Positions 28,115 to 37,093 of a stretch of 64,000 nucleotides of DNA are shown in pieces. The position numbers and the translations under genes are program-made. Source of the DNA: a virus. Numbering within the stretch: position 1 is the stretch's first letter; each line of letters begins with the position of its first letter. The notes beneath the pieces are model-generated. The model did not search any database, had not been told where the DNA came from, and saw only the letters and a program-made list of their open reading frames with translations. Location: UHGV virus genome UHGV-0174779; one strand, 5' to 3'.

Positions 28115-28534
28115 ATGTCAGAAGTAATTTACGTAGCAACTTATGGAAGTTTGAGAAGCGGTCAAGCTAACTATTTAATTAATGACCGAGCTGGTGCTAA
28201 ATCTATTGGTGAAGGTTGGACTGAAGATAACTTCGATCTGTTCCGTTACGGTGGTTCCTACTTCCCGAGCATCTCTCTCGCACACAGCAATAACAATAAG
28301 CCTGTTCGTGTAGAAGTGTTTGCTACTGACAAAGCAGGTCTGGAAGGTCCATATGACCGTCTGGAAGGCTACAACAAACATAGCCCTGAAGATAGCTTCT
28401 ATCAGCGTACCCAGATTGCTGTTAAGATGGACTCAGGTGAAACTGTTATCGCTTGGATTTATCATATCGACGAAGAACAAGATGTTCTGGTTGAGTCAGG
28501 AGACTGGTCAGAGTATCTAAAAAACGAGGGTTAA
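28115..28534 (+). CDS. gamma-glutamyl cyclotransferase (AIG2/GGCT)-like protein
   Basis: N-terminal VATYGSLRSG motif characteristic of the GGCT/AIG2 fold. Confidence 0.55.
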   Translation: MSEVIYVATYGSLRSGQANYLINDRAGAKSIGEGWTEDNFDLFRYGGSYFPSISLAHSNNNKPVRVEVFATDKAGLEGPYDRLEGYNKHSPEDSFYQRTQIAVKMDSGETVIAWIYHIDEEQDVLVESGDWSEYLKNEG

Positions 28535-28535
28535 T

Positions 28536-28769
28536 ATGGAGTTCGAAAAGATAAAATGTGTATCCGCATTCTATGATGAGGATACTGATATTGTTTTTTA
28601 TAACTTCTCCACAATCCCCCAGATAGAGAATGGAGATTGGGCCATCTCTGAGGGAGGTGATGTAGCCTATAATACAAGAACTGACCGTATCACTCAAGAT
28701 GATTTCCCGCCTGAGCTCCTAGAGCTTCTACCCTATATTGACTATGATATAGAAGTAGAGTATGACTAA
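28536..28769 (+). CDS. hypothetical protein (77 aa)
   Basis: ORF only. Confidence 0.4.
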   Translation: MEFEKIKCVSAFYDEDTDIVFYNFSTIPQIENGDWAISEGGDVAYNTRTDRITQDDFPPELLELLPYIDYDIEVEYD

Positions 28770-28974
28770 AATGAATTTTGAGAAAAGGCAGGCTCTTCGG
28801 AGGCTTGAAGCCAAGTATTTAATGTTACGGTGCAAAATCAACCGACACGAGCGTTTCGTTGAAGCTGCACAAACCAAAAACTTTGAATCATCAGTGGAGA
28901 TGTTCAAGACCCAACTTTCTTTTTATAGGAAAGAACAGGAACAAGTGTGGGATGAAATCCGTTCGTTCTACTAA
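28762..28974 (+). CDS. hypothetical protein (70 aa)
   Basis: ORF only. Confidence 0.4.
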   Translation: MTKMNFEKRQALRRLEAKYLMLRCKINRHERFVEAAQTKNFESSVEMFKTQLSFYRKEQEQVWDEIRSFY

Positions 28975-29000
28975 GCTCAAGGATTCCAAGGAGGAAGAGC

Positions 29001-30566
29001 ATGTCAAAGATCATTTTGGGAGACACAGGCTGTAAGGAATGTATCTCTCATGGTCGTGATAAAACCCACAACCACATGATTCTCTTCCGTAACGAAGAGA
29101 CCGGTGAGGAGTGGGGAAGTTGTAACCGTTGTGGGAATTACGAAGTGTTCGAAAAGGGCACTACACCTACTCCAAACGAGAAGAAAGAGTTATCCCCTGA
29201 AGAGTTGAGAGAAGTCTTAGATGATTGCTTAGAGCTTCCTCAGGGTGAACTTACTCGACGTTTAATCCCTAAAGCCGTATCAGAGCGTTTTGAGTGTCGC
29301 ATTGGCCTCAGCCAAACTGATGGTCAGACACCAGACAGTTACTTCTTTCCTCGTGAACGTGATGGAAACATCGTTGGTTACGAGGTTAAACTGCTAGATA
29401 GTAAGAAGTTTTATTACGTTGGCAGTGTGAAAGAAGCAGATTTATTTGGTATGGCACAGGCTCAGCGTGGTGATGTGTACAACAAGAAGCTATTCATTTT
29501 TGAAGACCCGCTATCTTGTATGTCTGGTTTCCATGTCCTTACAGCTTTTACAAATGCAACAAACATTAAGCCAGCATGTGTTTCTTTACCGTTCGGTGCA
29601 GGTTCAATCTCTTCTGTGTTGTCTCGTAATCGAGACTTCGTAAATGGTTTTGAGGAGGTTGTGCTCTGCATGGACAACGATGATGCAGGTGAGATAGCTT
29701 TAACAAAAGGTCGTTCTTTATTCCCTCATGTCAAGTTTGCTCGTATTCCTAAAGGAACTTTCCCATACAACGGTGTGGAGAAAGAGATTAAGGATGCGAA
29801 TGACATGCTTCTGTCTGGTCGTGGTCAAGAGTTATTCAACATTCTCAAGTATTCAGCAAAGCGGGAATCTCCTGCTGGTGCTGTAACAATCTTTGATTGT
29901 CTTGATGATGCTCTGAAGAAAGCAGAATGGGGTATCCCCTATCCGTGGAAGACTCTGAATGAAATGACCTTCGGTATTCGATGGGGAGAGGTGGTAGCAA
30001 TTGGTGGTGGAGTAGGGAGTGGTAAAACACTCATTGCTCACGAGCTGGTTGCTCATCTGTGCTTAGAGCATGGTTTTAATGGAGGTGGCTTCTTCTTGGA
30101 AGAGAAGGTAGGCATGTCTGTTAAGAACATTGCTGGTAAGTCAGCATCTATTCCTTTCCACCGACCAGATGTTGAATATGATGAGGAGGATTTGCGTAAT
30201 GAAGCACTTCGTTATGCAGACAAATTCTTCTTGTATGACAACTTCGGACAGAACGAATGGGAAGACATTAAACAGTGTATCCGTTTCTGGGTAGTTGAAA
30301 ACCAGTGTAAGTTTATCATCCTTGATAACATTACCGCTCTGGTATCTCATTTAACACCTTCAGAGATTAACACTGAAATCAGTAAGATTGCTTCCGAGCT
30401 TGCTGGTATGTGTAAAGAATTAGACTTTACCGCTTTCGTTCTATCTCACCTCAATGCTCCGGCAGGTGGTGCTCCTCACGAAGAAGGTGGACAGGTACGT
30501 GAAGTGCAGTTCACTGGTTCTCGTTCCCTTATGCGTAAACAAACCTGCGCATGTAAAACCTATTGA
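29001..30566 (+). CDS. DNA primase-helicase (T7 gp4-like), 5' portion; reading frame interrupted after helicase motif
   Basis: N-terminal Cys4 zinc ribbon, TOPRIM motifs (EDPLS, MDNDDAGE), Walker A GGGVGSGKT, Walker B FIILDN; C-terminal 11 residues before the stop look non-homologous; the remaining helicase C-terminus is encoded at 31133-31411. Confidence 0.8.
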   Translation: MSKIILGDTGCKECISHGRDKTHNHMILFRNEETGEEWGSCNRCGNYEVFEKGTTPTPNEKKELSPEELREVLDDCLELPQGELTRRLIPKAVSERFECRIGLSQTDGQTPDSYFFPRERDGNIVGYEVKLLDSKKFYYVGSVKEADLFGMAQAQRGDVYNKKLFIFEDPLSCMSGFHVLTAFTNATNIKPACVSLPFGAGSISSVLSRNRDFVNGFEEVVLCMDNDDAGEIALTKGRSLFPHVKFARIPKGTFPYNGVEKEIKDANDMLLSGRGQELFNILKYSAKRESPAGAVTIFDCLDDALKKAEWGIPYPWKTLNEMTFGIRWGEVVAIGGGVGSGKTLIAHELVAHLCLEHGFNGGGFFLEEKVGMSVKNIAGKSASIPFHRPDVEYDEEDLRNEALRYADKFFLYDNFGQNEWEDIKQCIRFWVVENQCKFIILDNITALVSHLTPSEINTEISKIASELAGMCKELDFTAFVLSHLNAPAGGAPHEEGGQVREVQFTGSRSLMRKQTCACKTY

Positions 30567-31132
30567 ACTCAGGGAAAGCTAAGTCGAAAGATATGCCAAT
30601 CCTGAGCTAAGCTAGACAGTCTTCCAAGAGCAAGGAGGCTTTATGGAAGAGAAACAAATAGAAGGTGCATCTAATTATTGGGTGCGGCCTGATGGTACGA
30701 TTTATAATAGTAAAACAGGCAATGTTATCTTAGGGGCCAGACATGGCAACGGATATTTAACTGTTTACTTAAGAATGGATACGGGACAAAGAAAGAAATT
30801 CTACATGCACCGACTAGTAGCTATTGCCTTTGTTCCTAACCCTCACAATTATCCATTTATTGATCACTTGGACCATACAAGAGATAATAACGTGGCAACT
30901 AATTTGGAGTGGGTAACCAACGCTGAGAATGTTCAGAGAGGTTACAATTTCTTTAATTATAAACGGAAGACTGTTTAGAAAGTGCAGAGACTAGGGTGGT
31001 CATAAGACCGAAGTACAGCCAAGTGGTGTCATTAACATTGACTTAAATGGAAGCAGTAGGCACACTTTTGTGTGGTGAGATAGTCCGATCTTGCAGGAAA
31101 CTGTAAGCAGCATGTAGTGGTGCGGGGTATGA
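30531..31132 (+). mobile_element. putative self-splicing (group I-like) intron carrying an HNH homing-endonuclease ORF, inserted in the primase-helicase gene (boundaries approximate)
   Basis: Helicase homology stops near 30530 and resumes near 31133 in an open frame without a start codon or RBS; intervening 0.6 kb contains HNH ORF 30643-30978. Confidence 0.45.
30643..30978 (+). CDS. HNH homing endonuclease (HNH_3 type)
   Basis: HRLVAIAFVPNPHNYPFIDHLDHTRDNNVATNLEWVTNAEN signature; RBS AAGGAGG. Confidence 0.8.
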   Translation: MEEKQIEGASNYWVRPDGTIYNSKTGNVILGARHGNGYLTVYLRMDTGQRKKFYMHRLVAIAFVPNPHNYPFIDHLDHTRDNNVATNLEWVTNAENVQRGYNFFNYKRKTV

Positions 31133-31411
31133 GTAGCGATCATATCTGAACTTTTGTGGTGTCAGTGTATCATTGGCTTTGAGCGTGACAAGCAAGCTGA
31201 TGGCTTAGCTAAGAACCTCTCAGTCATTCGATTACTGAAAGAACGTAACTACGGTCAGACAGGTGTCTGTTATACTAAGTATATCAGTGAGACCGGCAGA
31301 CTTGTAGAAAGGGAAGACTTTGAAGTTGACGAAGATAATCCATTCGTTTTAACTAACGGAGAGGATGCAGCTTCTCTCGTCAGTCAAGCAGATGGAGCTT
31401 CACCGTGGTAA
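31133..31411 (+). CDS. primase-helicase C-terminal segment (exon 2 or split C-terminal fragment)
   Basis: [47 protein letters not shown] aligns to the T7 gp4 C-terminal region ([46 protein letters not shown]); no ATG or RBS. Confidence 0.6.
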   Translation, partial: VAIISELLWCQCIIGFERDKQADGLAKNLSVIRLLKERNYGQTGVCYTKYISETGRLVEREDFEVDEDNPFVLTNGEDAASLVSQADGASPW

Positions 31412-31962
31412 AGAAAAAGAAGAAAGTGTTTGCATTCGATATCGAGAGTAATGCACTATACGATGATATAACCAAAGTGTGGTGTATTTATATTTTCGAT
31501 GTTGAAACTGATGAAAGGTGGGGCTATCGGCCTCACCAAATTGAAGATGGGATTCGTAAGCTTACAGAAGCTGATGTGATCTTAGGTCATAACATTATTG
31601 ACTTCGACCTTTGTGCTCTGAAGAAAATGTATCCCAATCTGATCGACTATCGTTTTAACGTCTTCGACACTTTATGTCTTAGTCGATATCTTAAACCTGA
31701 CCGTATTGGTGACAGTCCTGAGTATCCGAAAGGCGACCCTAGACATGGCCCAAGAGGTCATGGCTTGAAGCAATGGGGTGAGTTCTTAGGGGAACTTAAA
31801 GGTGATTACGGTGAGCAAGAGGAAGCATGGGATGCTTTCACTGAGGATATGTTTACTTATTGTGAACAGGACGTTAACTTAACTGTTAAGGTTTATAAAT
31901 ACTTGTGTGAACTCACAGGATTTGACCCTTACGACCCACCTTCATTATATTGGAAAATGTAA
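31405..31962 (+). CDS. DNA polymerase A 3'-5' exonuclease domain, encoded as a separate ORF
   Basis: Exo I FDIES, Exo II HNIIDFD, Exo III YCEQD motifs. Confidence 0.8.
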   Translation: MVKKKKKVFAFDIESNALYDDITKVWCIYIFDVETDERWGYRPHQIEDGIRKLTEADVILGHNIIDFDLCALKKMYPNLIDYRFNVFDTLCLSRYLKPDRIGDSPEYPKGDPRHGPRGHGLKQWGEFLGELKGDYGEQEEAWDAFTEDMFTYCEQDVNLTVKVYKYLCELTGFDPYDPPSLYWKM

Positions 31963-31963
31963 A

Positions 31964-33250
31964 ATGATTGTTATCCCGATTAACCGAATTGCAGATAAGG
32001 TTGCTCAACAACCTGATATCACTGTTGGTCGTCACTTCATTGAACAGTTGATTAACAACAACTTGATTCCAGACTGTATTTGTCCCATCATCACTGGTGG
32101 GGCTGTTCGTGATGCTGTTCTTAATAACAGAGCACCTCATGACATTGATATCTTTATTGTCAGAGGACAGGCCCCAAGAACTCGAAATACCTTTATCCAC
32201 CATGACCAGTGGCAAGATCTCGGACGAGAGGTTGAAAGTAATGTGAAGGAATGGCTAGAATCACAAGATATTGAATATGCATCCCTTCTTGCTGAATCTA
32301 CAGATGAGCCGTATACTGGGACTTCTCAACTAACATTCACTGATATTATTGAGTTTCAGTGGAATGGGGTTCGTATCCAATTCATGTTTAATTATCCTAC
32401 TTCTATTGAAGAGGTATTGGATAATTTTCCTATGATGTGCCGTGGTGCGATGACTCTTGACAAGCTGTTCATGACCCCCCAGGGATATTTGGCTATGACC
32501 TCTCCTTGTCCAGTGGTTGTCTCTAGTCGTGAAATCAAGTATGTTCACAAGAAGTGGCCTAATTCACAGGTATTAAGATTCTCCGATCCATCTGTTGCAT
32601 ATCAATATATGGCACAAACTCGATACCTTCCTACACCTCAACCAGTTAGTCATCTGGTCAACGAACGAGGTCAGGTTGCTCTTATTGAGGATACAACAAG
32701 TGCTCATTATTGTGTTAATCGTGACATGAGTCGATTCTTTGGGATCCCTTATGAAGAGATTCAGTTAATGTCAAGCATTCATAGCTCTAGCCAGATTCAT
32801 GCGTATTGGTCTGAAGGGTTGACAAATTTAACAACTAACACGGGTGGTGATCTGCTTGGTCGAGAAGAAGACTCTAACCGACACAATGCAATTGAAGGGG
32901 TTTTTGTATCCCCTACAATGCGTCGAGCACAAGAGTCACGAAGAGTAAGCCCTACTCGTAGAATATCTTTTGAAGATCTTGGTATTACAAGCGATTCTAT
33001 GGAGCAATGGATGGCTAGACCTTCTCGTGGTCGATCAAATGGCTTTACTGTCGGCGCACGTCAGTTCTCTGGTCAGGGTTTTGCTGTTGGTGATATCAAC
33101 GCACCTGTTAGGGCTGTGTGGACTGATGAAGATATGGTAGAGAGTCGCGCTGATCAATTTGTTTCAAATAATCCTGAAGTATTAGAACCTCAAACCCGTA
33201 CAGTTCGGTTTGCCGATGAATCGGGTCGCGGTTTCTCTTTTGAAATGTGA
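31964..33250 (+). CDS. nucleotidyltransferase (Pol-beta superfamily, CCA/poly(A)-polymerase-like head motif) with R/S-rich C-terminal region
   Basis: ITGGAVRDAVL...PHDIDIFIV matches the GGxVRD...DxD nucleotidyltransferase signature. Confidence 0.5.
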   Translation: MIVIPINRIADKVAQQPDITVGRHFIEQLINNNLIPDCICPIITGGAVRDAVLNNRAPHDIDIFIVRGQAPRTRNTFIHHDQWQDLGREVESNVKEWLESQDIEYASLLAESTDEPYTGTSQLTFTDIIEFQWNGVRIQFMFNYPTSIEEVLDNFPMMCRGAMTLDKLFMTPQGYLAMTSPCPVVVSSREIKYVHKKWPNSQVLRFSDPSVAYQYMAQTRYLPTPQPVSHLVNERGQVALIEDTTSAHYCVNRDMSRFFGIPYEEIQLMSSIHSSSQIHAYWSEGLTNLTTNTGGDLLGREEDSNRHNAIEGVFVSPTMRRAQESRRVSPTRRISFEDLGITSDSMEQWMARPSRGRSNGFTVGARQFSGQGFAVGDINAPVRAVWTDEDMVESRADQFVSNNPEVLEPQTRTVRFADESGRGFSFEM

Positions 33251-33271
33251 ACAAATAACTAAGGAATAAGA

Positions 33272-33826
33272 ATGAGTTTACTAGGAAGCCCAGAGTTACA
33301 TAAATTAATTGACGATGGTGTTATTGATGCACCACACTCAGCTGTTAATTCCTCCAGCATTGATGTTCGTATTGGAGATCGCGTTCTGATGGAAGGTGCA
33401 GCTAATGGGGTTGTTGATATCTCTGCTAAAGAGTCCCCTAACTTCAATGAGGTTATGATTCCAGAGGAGGGGTTGGTGATCAAACCGGGTGAGTGTTTCT
33501 TAGCTCATACAGTGGAGACATTCAACCTTCCAGACAACATTAGCTGTGACTTCATGCTACGGTCTACTGTCGGTCGTTGCTTCTTAGAGCACATGCACGC
33601 TGGTCATGCTGATGGCGGTTGGCATGGCAGTCAGTTAACTATGGAATTCAAGAATGTCCTACAGCACCACTCTTTGCTAATTAAACCGGGGATGCGTATA
33701 GGTCAAATGGAGTTCTTTAAACATTCCTCCTCGGAAGAGGATAGCTACGCAACGAAAGGTTCCTATAATAATCAACAAGGGCCAACAAAAGCTTTTGGTG
33801 GAACAAATCATGCTGATATGGTATGA
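33272..33826 (+). CDS. dcd: dCTP deaminase / dUTPase-family protein
   Basis: IDVRIGD, IKPGECFLAHTVE, RSTVGR, GWHGSQLTMEFKN, IKPGMRIGQMEFF motifs typical of dCTP deaminase. Confidence 0.65.
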   Translation: MSLLGSPELHKLIDDGVIDAPHSAVNSSSIDVRIGDRVLMEGAANGVVDISAKESPNFNEVMIPEEGLVIKPGECFLAHTVETFNLPDNISCDFMLRSTVGRCFLEHMHAGHADGGWHGSQLTMEFKNVLQHHSLLIKPGMRIGQMEFFKHSSSEEDSYATKGSYNNQQGPTKAFGGTNHADMV

Positions 33827-33868
33827 TGAAGTCTACTTCATCTCTCTTTTAATGTGGATGAAAGATAA

Positions 33869-34063
33869 ATGAAAAAATTCTGGTTAGCAAAGATTAAGTG
33901 GGCATCAGGAAGTATGACTATGACCGCATTACCTACTCGTCAACAGGCTCGAGATTTTAAAAAGTCTATGTTCCATGGGGACTTAACTAAGAGCGTTAGT
34001 ATTCATAAGGCCAAGGAGTACTCCTCTGGTCGTGTTTATATCAGTGGAAAAGTGCACTACTAA
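33869..34063 (+). CDS. hypothetical protein (64 aa)
   Basis: ORF only. Confidence 0.35.
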   Translation: MKKFWLAKIKWASGSMTMTALPTRQQARDFKKSMFHGDLTKSVSIHKAKEYSSGRVYISGKVHY

Positions 34064-34135
34064 TTGGTAGTAGATATGATAACTCTCAAATGTATATAGA
34101 GTACAATAAGAATTTGTATTTTACAGGAGAGAGTT

Positions 34136-34465
34136 ATGTTAGATTTGAGTAAAGTGGCCCCGCCCACTGAAGAGATTACAAAATCCAAGGTGATGCAACA
34201 GTTTTATCATCGTGATATGCTTGGTCGCTTTATCAAGAATCGTGATGTTGTTGCTTGGTCTATCGGTAATCAGGGATATCTGTTGAAGGTTCTTCAGGTT
34301 ACAGGTTCAACTGCTAAGCGAGTTAAGGTGTATGACCCTGAAATGGGGCGTTCTAAGTCAGTAGACCCACAGAACTGCATCGTAATTACCCAGCAGGTAA
34401 TGGATAATATTGCACGTAACGTTGCTAACTCAGTTGAACTTGATGGAGAAAACCCAAATGCATAA
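34136..34465 (+). CDS. hypothetical protein (109 aa)
   Basis: RBS GGAGAGAG. Confidence 0.45.
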   Translation: MLDLSKVAPPTEEITKSKVMQQFYHRDMLGRFIKNRDVVAWSIGNQGYLLKVLQVTGSTAKRVKVYDPEMGRSKSVDPQNCIVITQQVMDNIARNVANSVELDGENPNA

Positions 34466-35021
34466 GAATGTCTTTGATTTACCTGAGATTGGTCGTGACA
34501 GCTATAGTGTGTTAGACCGGTCTGAGCTTTCAATCTCTCGCCTTGAAACAATGCAGGGTATGATTAGTGGAAACAGCCTAGAACACATCCTGAGCTGCTT
34601 ACAAGCTAACATGGAACTCTTGCATATCAAAGCTAAAAACTACCACTGGAACGTCTCTGGTGCAGGATTTCAGGGTGTTCATGGTATGTTTGATGAGCTG
34701 GAAGATTACGCACGACAAGTAGGAGATCGTATTGCTGAACGTATGCGATACCACTGTGTTAAGGTGGATGCTACAGCAGCTAATTATCTTTCTCACGCTT
34801 GGTTCTCAGAGGGTAATGCTGACCTAGATATGGACGGTATGCTCTCTGATATGTGCATGACCTTGATGTGTATTATCGAGAAGATGGATGAGTTTGATGG
34901 CGATTTAGCCTCCTATCCTGTCGACCAGAGTATGCTTCAAGAAATTAATGAAGGTCTTGGCAAGTATTGTTACTTCGTCAAGAGTAACATGTCCCATTCC
35001 AGTGGTGATGTGTCTTACTAA
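34458..35021 (+). CDS. Dps/ferritin-like protein
   Basis: NYHWNVSGAGFQGVHGMFDELEDYARQVGDRIAERM matches the Dps signature (HWNV.G..F..LH..F.E.Y). Confidence 0.55.
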   Translation: MHKNVFDLPEIGRDSYSVLDRSELSISRLETMQGMISGNSLEHILSCLQANMELLHIKAKNYHWNVSGAGFQGVHGMFDELEDYARQVGDRIAERMRYHCVKVDATAANYLSHAWFSEGNADLDMDGMLSDMCMTLMCIIEKMDEFDGDLASYPVDQSMLQEINEGLGKYCYFVKSNMSHSSGDVSY

Positions 35022-35081
35022 AACTCAAGCCCTGCCTCCTAACCCGAGGTGGGGCGAACTTATTTATAAGGATATAGATAT

Positions 35082-35261
35082 ATGTTATCAGCAATCGTAT
35101 GGGGTATTTGGGCTATCTTTATCGGTGGTGGTATTTATTGGGCTTCTGGTAAGCTTATTGAAGAAACTCCTGATAAGAAAGGTGAGATTCAAACAGCATC
35201 AACCATCATGGTTATCGTAGCTGTTGTTATCCCGTTCCTGCTTCACCTCCTGACTGCATAA
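35082..35261 (+). CDS. small two-helix membrane protein (59 aa)
   Basis: Two hydrophobic segments; below track cutoff. Confidence 0.3.
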   Translation: MLSAIVWGIWAIFIGGGIYWASGKLIEETPDKKGEIQTASTIMVIVAVVIPFLLHLLTA

Positions 35262-35269
35262 GGATTTAC

Positions 35270-35548
35270 ATGTCTAAAGTAATTAAGTTTTATAGTGATC
35301 AGTGTGCTCCATGTAAAGCAATGGCTCCTACCTTTGAGAAGGTTGTTAAGGAGTTTGATGTAGAAGTGGAAGAGATTAACATCCTTGAAGGTGATGGTCG
35401 TGAACAAGCTGTTAAGTATGGTGTACGAAGTATCCCTGCTTTCGTTGTGCCTGACCGTAACAGTGGTGCACACTACAGCCTCTCTGGTATGCAGACTGAA
35501 GCAAACCTGAAAGCATTTTTGGATACAGCTCTGAATGGTAATCGATGA
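35270..35548 (+). CDS. thioredoxin/glutaredoxin-like protein (CAPC active site)
   Basis: FYSDQCAPCKAMAP CxxC motif in thioredoxin-fold context. Confidence 0.65.
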   Translation: MSKVIKFYSDQCAPCKAMAPTFEKVVKEFDVEVEEINILEGDGREQAVKYGVRSIPAFVVPDRNSGAHYSLSGMQTEANLKAFLDTALNGNR

Positions 35549-36005
35549 TTTAGAGTATATCCCTGAAACTGGAGAGTTCTTTCGAAAAGGTAAGAAATTA
35601 GGAGGAACTCGAAGTAAGTACATAACCCTGCGGTTTAAAGGGAAAGTACACAAAGCTCATAAAGTGGCATGGTTCTTTTACTATGGAGAATGGCCTTCTT
35701 CTCAGATAGACCATATCGATAGAAATAAGAAGAACAACTCAATACAGAACTTGAGGTTGGTGGACACCTCGACAAACTGCCACAACCAGTTCGGGGCTAG
35801 AGTATCAAACAAGGAAACAGGGCTTCAAGGTGTTAAGGTTGTCAAATACAGATCAGGCACTATCAGATATAGGGCTGTTATTTGTATTGATAAAGTAGAT
35901 ATACATCTAGGTATGTATGGAACTGCCGAAGAAGCTCATCAAGTTTACATGAATCGAAAAAAGGAACTTTTAATTGAACGAACAACTACAAGCAACACTG
36001 ATTGA
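35535..36005 (+). CDS. HNH homing endonuclease (HNH_3 plus AP2-like domain)
   Basis: KAHKVAWFFYYGEWPSSQIDHIDRNKKNNSIQNLRLVDTSTNCHNQ plus RYRAVICIDKVDIHLGMYGTAEEAHQVY. Confidence 0.7.
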   Translation: MVIDDLEYIPETGEFFRKGKKLGGTRSKYITLRFKGKVHKAHKVAWFFYYGEWPSSQIDHIDRNKKNNSIQNLRLVDTSTNCHNQFGARVSNKETGLQGVKVVKYRSGTIRYRAVICIDKVDIHLGMYGTAEEAHQVYMNRKKELLIERTTTSNTD

Positions 36006-36630
36006 AGCAATGGGAAGTGACAAATCTGTAGTCAATGCAGCTAGAGTATCTTTCGGTGTTGTTCGAGAAGGTGACTTAAATGAGAGAGACACAAAACTTA
36101 TCAACTTCCTTGCACGGGAAAAACACTGTACTCCATTCCGACACCCGCAAGTCAGTTTCCGATGCAAAGCACCTATCGCAATTGCGAGACAGTTGGGCAA
36201 GCATCAGGTTGGATTCTCGTGGAACGAAATGTCCCGGCGGTATAAAGATGGAGCAGTTGAAGTCTTCATCCCTAAAGAGATTTTTGCGAGACCTTCGGAC
36301 CTCCATGCAGGTTCAGGGATTCAACTCCTCAACGGAGAACGAGCTGAAGCATTAATGCTGATTAACGATGCATATGAAGCTTCTCTAGCAGCATATGACA
36401 AGTTGATTGAATTCGTTGCACCAGAGCAAGCCCGATTTGTTCTTCCTCAGGGGATGATCACTGAGTGGGTGTGGACTGGTTCTTTATATGGCTGGTTTGA
36501 GTTGTGTCGTCAGCGACTCTCCTCTCATGCTCAGTATGAAGTTCGAGTGTTTGCCCAATCTCTAGATGAAGAAATGGCTAAGCTCTACCCAGTCTCATGG
36601 GCAGCTTTGAAGAAAACTTTGGAGAATTAA
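35974..36630 (+). CDS. thyX: flavin-dependent thymidylate synthase (ThyX)-like
   Basis: AARVSFG near N-terminus and ARQLGKHQVGFSWNEMSRRY resembling the ThyX RHR..S...SxRY signature (with K/Q substitutions). Confidence 0.55.
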   Translation: MNEQLQATLIEAMGSDKSVVNAARVSFGVVREGDLNERDTKLINFLAREKHCTPFRHPQVSFRCKAPIAIARQLGKHQVGFSWNEMSRRYKDGAVEVFIPKEIFARPSDLHAGSGIQLLNGERAEALMLINDAYEASLAAYDKLIEFVAPEQARFVLPQGMITEWVWTGSLYGWFELCRQRLSSHAQYEVRVFAQSLDEEMAKLYPVSWAALKKTLEN

Positions 36631-36631
36631 A

Positions 36632-36874
36632 ATGGTTAGGAAGAATATTTGGATTCTGAGTCGTGTTGAGGATACAGACAGAGGAGAGGATACAGAAATT
36701 CTTTGCTCTTTCACTGACTATCCTACAAAGCAGCAGCTTGAGGATGTTGGAGTAGAAGAGGATGTTTCTCAATCTCTTTTTGATAAAAGGGTTTCCAACT
36801 TAACAGCCAAACCCTTTGGTTACTCCTACTACATGCTTGACAGTGTGGAATTATTCTCACCCAACAACATTTAA
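36632..36874 (+). CDS. hypothetical protein (80 aa)
   Basis: ORF only. Confidence 0.4.
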   Translation: MVRKNIWILSRVEDTDRGEDTEILCSFTDYPTKQQLEDVGVEEDVSQSLFDKRVSNLTAKPFGYSYYMLDSVELFSPNNI

Positions 36875-36889
36875 ATTTAAGGTTGTGAA

Positions 36890-37093
36890 ATGAAAACATT
36901 GTGGACTTTTGACTGCCAAGATGATGATGGAGAACGTTGGACTTGGAAATATTTCCTAGGGAAACCAACACCTGATACTCCTGCTTTGGATTGTGTTTCA
37001 TACAAAGATGCTAAGAAATTAGTAAATGGAGAAAAGGTTTGGTCTCCGGATAATGAAGTTCAGTACTTTTTAACAGAACGGAAATTTTCATAA
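36890..37093 (+). CDS. hypothetical protein (67 aa)
   Basis: ORF only. Confidence 0.4.
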   Translation: MKTLWTFDCQDDDGERWTWKYFLGKPTPDTPALDCVSYKDAKKLVNGEKVWSPDNEVQYFLTERKFS

